Shown here in pieces: positions 26,128 through 64,000 of a stretch of 64,000 nt of DNA (the stretch's first letter is position 1; each line of letters begins with the position of its first letter). A program made the translations under genes and the position numbers. The notes below the pieces were generated by a model that saw only the letters and a list, made by a program, of their open reading frames with translations, was not told the origin of the DNA and did not search any database. The DNA comes from Flaccisagitta enflata (lineage: Eukaryota): contig OZ231126.1 of NCBI GenBank assembly GCA_965153355.1, positions 13,640,001 through 13,704,000 on the forward strand. The letters are read 5' to 3'.

Positions 26128-26912
26128 AAAACGTTGAAAAAAATAACGGAAACATTAGCAGACAGACAGACAGACATACTGAAAGACAGATAGTCATATT
26201 GATCATGCCGACAGAAATATAGACAGACAAAAGGGGGGGAAGTTAAGAGGCCAAGTGACGTCATATTTAAAGGAGAGATTTATGAAGCTGCTGGGTGAAA
26301 GAGCAGCCAAGGAGAGGAAGGAAGATGACTAGAAAATAGCAACATTTCAAACCACCTGAGGGACGAGTTACGTGAAAAAATGGCAAAACGAGATAAGTAT
26401 GGAGGAGGTGAAGAAGGAGAAGAAAAGAGCGAAGGAAGAGATGGCGAGGAAGGATAAAGGAGAAGGTAGCAGTAGCGCAAAAGAGAGAAGGTGAGGAGAG
26501 GGAAGAAAAACAAGACTGTGTACATTTCTTCCGAGTCGCGGACTGGTGGACAGAAGCGGAAAAGCGAAAAAGCGAAAAAAAAACGTTCACATTTTGTCTT
26601 GGTTACCCACGGACTGACGGAGCGATCGACTGACACAGTAAGTTCAAGAGGCACAAGTCCGCGACAAAAAAAAAAACAAAGGAAGAGAGGCAGATAGCGA
26701 GGAAGCATGTAGCAAATGAAGAAGGTGAAGATGGCGTGGAGGGATGAAGCAAAAGTGTTAAGGAAGAGAAGGTGAGGAAGGAGAGGGAAAAAATGAAGGA
26801 AGGGAAGGTGAGGGAGAAGAAGGAGAAGAAGAAAAGGTGAGAAGGAAGAGAAAGACGAGTTGCGTAAAATAATGGCAAAACGAGATACATGTAAGTGTAC
26901 TTTTTAGGCATA

Positions 26913-28687
26913 CAGTATTCGGGTGTGTCAATATTTAAAAGGTCTTTTGATCAGCTCATCATCATCAGGGAGAGTGAAGACACTAATTACAAGACACTTA
27001 CCATTTTTATTTTTTTTCAATTTCAATCATCTTCCGTTTTTTTAGCGCAAGTGAAAATTGCCAAAAATATATATACTTTTAGCGACTCTACCCAGTTTTG
27101 TTGAAAATGAGACTGATATATTATTCAAAAAATTTTGTTTTTTTTTGTTACTATTTCTTCTTATGAAAAGTAAAGTATTTTGACCAATTCTTTTTAGTCG
27201 CGTGCACGCGACTCTATAACCCGCTCTGTCGGTCCGTTGGTCGGTCCGTCGGTCGGTCGGTCCGTCGGTCCGTCGGTAACACTTAGCTTTTTTTTTGTCT
27301 TTTTGGGTCGTCTGCAGTTGTTTTGAGTCATTTTTTTGTTGTTTTTGGGAATTATTGGTTGCTTTTAGTCATTTTTGGTTATTTTTGGTCATTTTTGGTC
27401 ATTTTGGTCATTTTGGTCATTTTGGTCATTTTGGTCATTTTGGTGATTTTGGTCATTTTTGGTCATTTTTAGTCATTTTTAGTCATTTTTGGTCATTTTT
27501 GGTCATTTTTGGTCATTTTGGTCATTTTGGTCGTTTTGGTCATTATGGTCATTTTGGTCATTTTGGTCATTTTTGGTCATTTTTGGTCATTTTTGGTCAT
27601 TTTCTGTCATTTTTGGTCATTTTCTGTCATTTTCTGTCATTTTTGGTCATTTTTGGTCATTTTTGGTCATTTTGGTCATTTTTGGTCATTTTGGTCATTT
27701 TGGTCATTTTGGTCATTTTTGGTCATTTTGGTCATTTTGGTCTTTTTTGGTCATTTTTGGTCATTTTTGTCATTTTGGTCACTTTTGGTCACTTTTGGTC
27801 ATTTTTGGTCATTTTTGGTCATCTTTGGTCATCTTTGGTCATTTTGTTCATTTTTGGTCATTTTTGGTCATTTTTGGTCATTTTTGGGATTGGTCATCTT
27901 TGGTCATTTTGGTCAATTTGTTCATTTTTGTTCATTTTTGTTCATTTTTGGTCATTTTTGGTCATTTTGGTCATTTTGGTCATTTTGGTCATTTTTGGTT
28001 ATTTTTGGTCATTTTTGGTCATTTTTGGTCATTTTTGGTTAAAGTCTGCTGGTTAAAGTCTGCTGGTTAAAGTCTGCTGGGTAAAGTCTGATGGTTAAAG
28101 TCTGCTGGTTTAAATCTGCTGGTTTAAATCTGCTGGTTAAAGTCTGCTGGTTTAAATCTAATGGGTTAAGTCTGCTGGTTAAAGTCTGCTGGTTTAAATC
28201 TGCTGGTTTAGGTCTGGTTAAGGTCTGGTTTGGGTCTGATTTAGGTCTGGTTTCGGCCTGGTTTCGGTCTGGTTTAATTCTGGTTTGAGTCTGGTTTGAG
28301 TCTGGTTTGAGTCTGGTTTGAGTCTGGTTTGGGTCAAGTTTGGGTTGCATTTACGTCTGATTTTCAATAAAAAGATACAATAAGGAGTCAGGTCAGTTCA
28401 GTTATTTTTGTCCTGCACGCGACTTATAGGTGTTGGCCTTGTTAGATTAAAGAATAAGATAAGAAATGGGTTCTGATTTTTATTCTTATGATCAAGAATC
28501 CCGGTGCAAAACCAGCTGCACTACAATATACAAATTAGGGGCTAAATGGAGATTTAAAAAAAATGGAAGATGAATGAAATTAAGAAAAAGAAAAATGGTA
28601 AGTACCTTAAAATTAAAGTCCCAATACTCCTTGATGATGACAATCTAATCAAAAAAGTTTTTTAAATTTTGACACACCCGAATACAG
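26913..28687. mobile_element. TA-flanked Tc1/mariner-type MITE hosting a nested HINE
   Basis: ta|cagtattcgggtgtgtcaa ... ttgacacacccgaatacag|ta. Confidence 0.75.
27196..28441 (+). mobile_element. HINE family A copy expanded by about 1 kb of internal short-period satellite
   Basis: 5' hairpin agtcgcgtgcacgcgact, then (cggt)n, (ttttggtca) 9-10-mers at ~27360-28040, 14-15-mers (ggttaaagtctgct) and 10-mers. The 3' end is cacgcgact...ggccttg|tt. Confidence 0.85.
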
Positions 28688-29392
28688 TATAGAGAAGGTG
28701 AAGAAGAAGAAGGAGAAAGGGAGGGAGAGGAAGAGAAGATGAGAAAGGGGAGGAAAGTAACGGAGGAAGAGATGGCGAGGAAGGATGAAGAAAAGAGCAA
28801 AGTTGTGGCGTTGGACATACAGTTTGTGGGGCGATGGAGAAAAAAGTATTAGGGCTTTGATAAAGCAACTGACAAAGAGTGATGTCCTTGGCGAAGCAGT
28901 GTGGTGTGATGTGGTGGTGGTGATGTGGAAGTGATGTGGTGTGATGCCCTTGACGAAGCAGTGTGGCTGAGTATTGAGTCAGAGGGAAGGGATTGAGTTG
29001 AGAATGGTGAAAGTCTCACATAGATACCAAGGGAAGACTGATATCCTTGGATCCAGAAGCAGCTAGCTGGGGGGTTACGTATCAAGTTAGAAGGGAGGAG
29101 TGAAGTAGAGAACGGTAAGACTCTCATATAGCAACTAAGGAAGACGGATGCCCTTGGCTTTGGCACGAAGGCTTTTCCCTGAGAGAAAAAGAGCATCATT
29201 GCTTTCTCTCCTGTCACTTTATTTCTTGGAGCAAGTTCACAAGTCATCCAAACTTTCATATCTTGACGTCTTTCCCCAATCTCTCTTCTTCTCTCACTCT
29301 TCCCCTTTCTCTCTCTCTTCTCCTCTCACTCTTCCTCTGTCTCTCTCTCTTCTTCTCTCACTCTTCCTCTTTCTCTGTTTCTTTTTTTCTTT

Positions 29393-29486
<94 letters not shown>

Positions 29487-29627
29487 TCTTTCTGTCTTTT
29501 AATCTATGTGTCTGTGTGTCTATCTGTGTCTGTCTATCTGTCTATGTGTCCATGTGATTGTGTGTCTGTCTGTGTCTGTAAGTCTGGCTGTCTGTGTCTG
29601 TCTGGCTCTCTGTCTGTGTGTCTATCC

Positions 29628-29660
<33 letters not shown>

Positions 29661-30068
29661 CACTCCTTTTTTTATAAGAACGTCATTTTTTTTCTCGAAG
29701 GCTTCATGTTCTTATTTCTAAGGCCAAATAAAATAGAGCGTTCTTAATTTCAAATACTATATAAACTATAGGAAACCTTATAATGTACTATCACTCAGTT
29801 ATACTAAATATATTCTGTTAAATATTGGTAAAATAAATGCCAATCATTAAAGTCTGGGGATATTTTCATGATATTTATTTAGAAAATAGTAAAATATCAT
29901 CTTAATTTTACTAAAAAAGTGTTTTCTTAACTTTCTTTGAACAATGTAGTAAGAGAAATTTTTTTCTCAAGATTTGAAGCCTTTGTATGTTCTTAAGATG
30001 TTCTTAATTTTGGGGCCATTCGAAGCCTTGATGTTCTTATAAACTAGGTTCTTGTAAAAGAAAGAGTG
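29661..30068. mobile_element. TA-flanked MITE
   Basis: ta|cactcc-T-run-ataagaac ... gttcttgtaaaagaaagagtg|ta; a similar terminus lies near 55120-55143. Confidence 0.65.
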
Positions 30069-30098
30069 TATCTTTCTGTCTTTCTCCTTTACTTGTTT

Positions 30099-30143
<45 letters not shown>

Positions 30144-30735
30144 GTCTGTTTTTTTTTCTTTTTTTGAGGGGGGTTTATTATTTTTGTTTTCTTTCTTTCT
30201 ATTTTCCATCTCTCCCTGCACGTCCTTATACCACTCATTCTTTCTTTTTTTCTCAAGCTTTATTTCTTATATTTTCTTTTCCTCTGTTTCCTCCAATATT
30301 CTATTTCCTTCCTTTTTGGAGTGGTCGTTTTGCATTGCCACACCCGATGTCGCTTTCAGTTGGAAGAAAAATTCAAACAAAAGGCTCAAATTGAAATCAA
30401 GTGGAAAATCAATTAGAAAAAAACCTACTGATATTCTTATTTTGCTTTAAAACGTCGACTGAGATGCACTTTTAGTCATATTTTCTCCTTTATTCACAGA
30501 AGAAAAAAAAGTAGCACGCTTTCTATGAATCAGTGGATATCACTTAATGACTTAGCAGCTAGCAGTAGCACATAAAGTTTCAAAGGATATTTGTAACTGA
30601 AGGTGGGAAATACGAATACAAATTATCGAATTCTCAACGACCTAAATTGGCTTATTTGTTTGAGGAAGAAATTTCAAGACGAAATCGGGTAAAGAAAAAC
30701 GCTCTTCGACCTTTCTTTGAATGAAGAGAGAAGAA

Positions 30736-63085
<32,350 letters not shown>

Positions 63086-64000
63086 AAACTTTTTCACACC
63101 AGGCTTGGAACATGTTATTTTTTCATTTTCTAGTCTTTTAAATTATTACTTCTTTTGGGAGGAGGGGAAGAAAAAACCACTTCCTCAATAATTGAAAGAT
63201 GAGTGCAAGAAGGAATTATTCTTAAAATTTAACAAAAATTTGTTAAATCATCTGAACTAATGTTTGCACATCCAAACTGTTCTCTGTTATCATTTGCTCA
63301 AATGCTATCTATTGCTACTCAAACATTGCCTTAACTGCACTGCACTGCACTGCAAATCGATTTTGCACACATCGGAGTGGCAACGTTGTCATTTATTCTT
63401 CTCGGATGAAATAATTCCAGAAATATTGAGAAAGAAATGCGAAATATAGCCACGATAGCAAAATACAGTTGCGCTAGGCTTAAGTGTACTTGCAGTACAT
63501 GTAGAGGCAATTTTGCACAGAAAGCATATTTCTTCTTTGTCTTTTTAGCTTTAAGGGAGCAGATTTATAAAGTATATTTTCGCCGGCCAATACGCCCTTA
63601 TGATACAGTGGGGAATTGTATTTCACTGCACAGCACTGTAGCGGAGCCAACTGTATTGGCGCGATTCCGACAGGCTACAGATACTAGTTTTCTGCTGCTT
63701 CTTTGGTCAACAAAATATTTGGACCTTGGATAATCCAAAAAAGTCTTAAATCGACTGCGTTTCTTATTTGGTATTTTGTTAAACATTTTTTTCTTTTTAG
63801 TCGCGTGCTACACGACTGTACTTCCCGCTATGTCGGTCCGTCGGTCGGTTGGTTGGTCGGTCGGTTGGTCGGTCCCATTTTTACTTTTTCGGCGTTTTGA
63901 GCTTTTTGAGCATACAGCTCCTGCCCAGATGCTCTGGTGACCCTGTCCAGCACTGCTCCTGCCCAGCCGCACGCGACTAGGGTATGTTTTATTGGAATGT

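Noticed and set aside
27295-28070. 253-aa FGHFW-repeat membrane-like ORF
   Set aside because: It is a translation of the 9-10-bp satellite inside a HINE and is open in several frames.

Overview
This is AT-rich, intron-containing animal (invertebrate-like) genomic DNA, dense in microsatellites and non-autonomous DNA transposons. Most entries in the ORF track are translated simple repeats. Splicing exons by hand (GT-AG boundaries, matching phases) gives seven genes. (1) The 3' part of a Cys-rich-repeat protein with a C-terminal VWA domain (+, 138-5558). (2) A divergent 7TM receptor (-, 6486-7436). (3) A complete 6-exon ODF3/CIMAP1 (SHIPPO-repeat) gene (-, 13069-19194). (4) A 7-exon adenosine-kinase-like PfkB gene (+, 30736-63085) with a 28.5-kb intron 4. 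That intron hosts three small secreted-protein genes: (5, 6) two paralogous C-type lectins (-), one frameshifted, and (7) a same-strand gene with 5 x 23-aa helical repeats and an apextrin-C (ApeC)-like tail. Repeats include two Helentron-associated (HINE/DINE-1-like) families, several TIR elements and MITEs, a 2.7-kb 29-bp satellite and a LINE relic. One TIR element carries two divergent tRNA-like sequences. All calls come from reading the sequence by eye, with no database searches.
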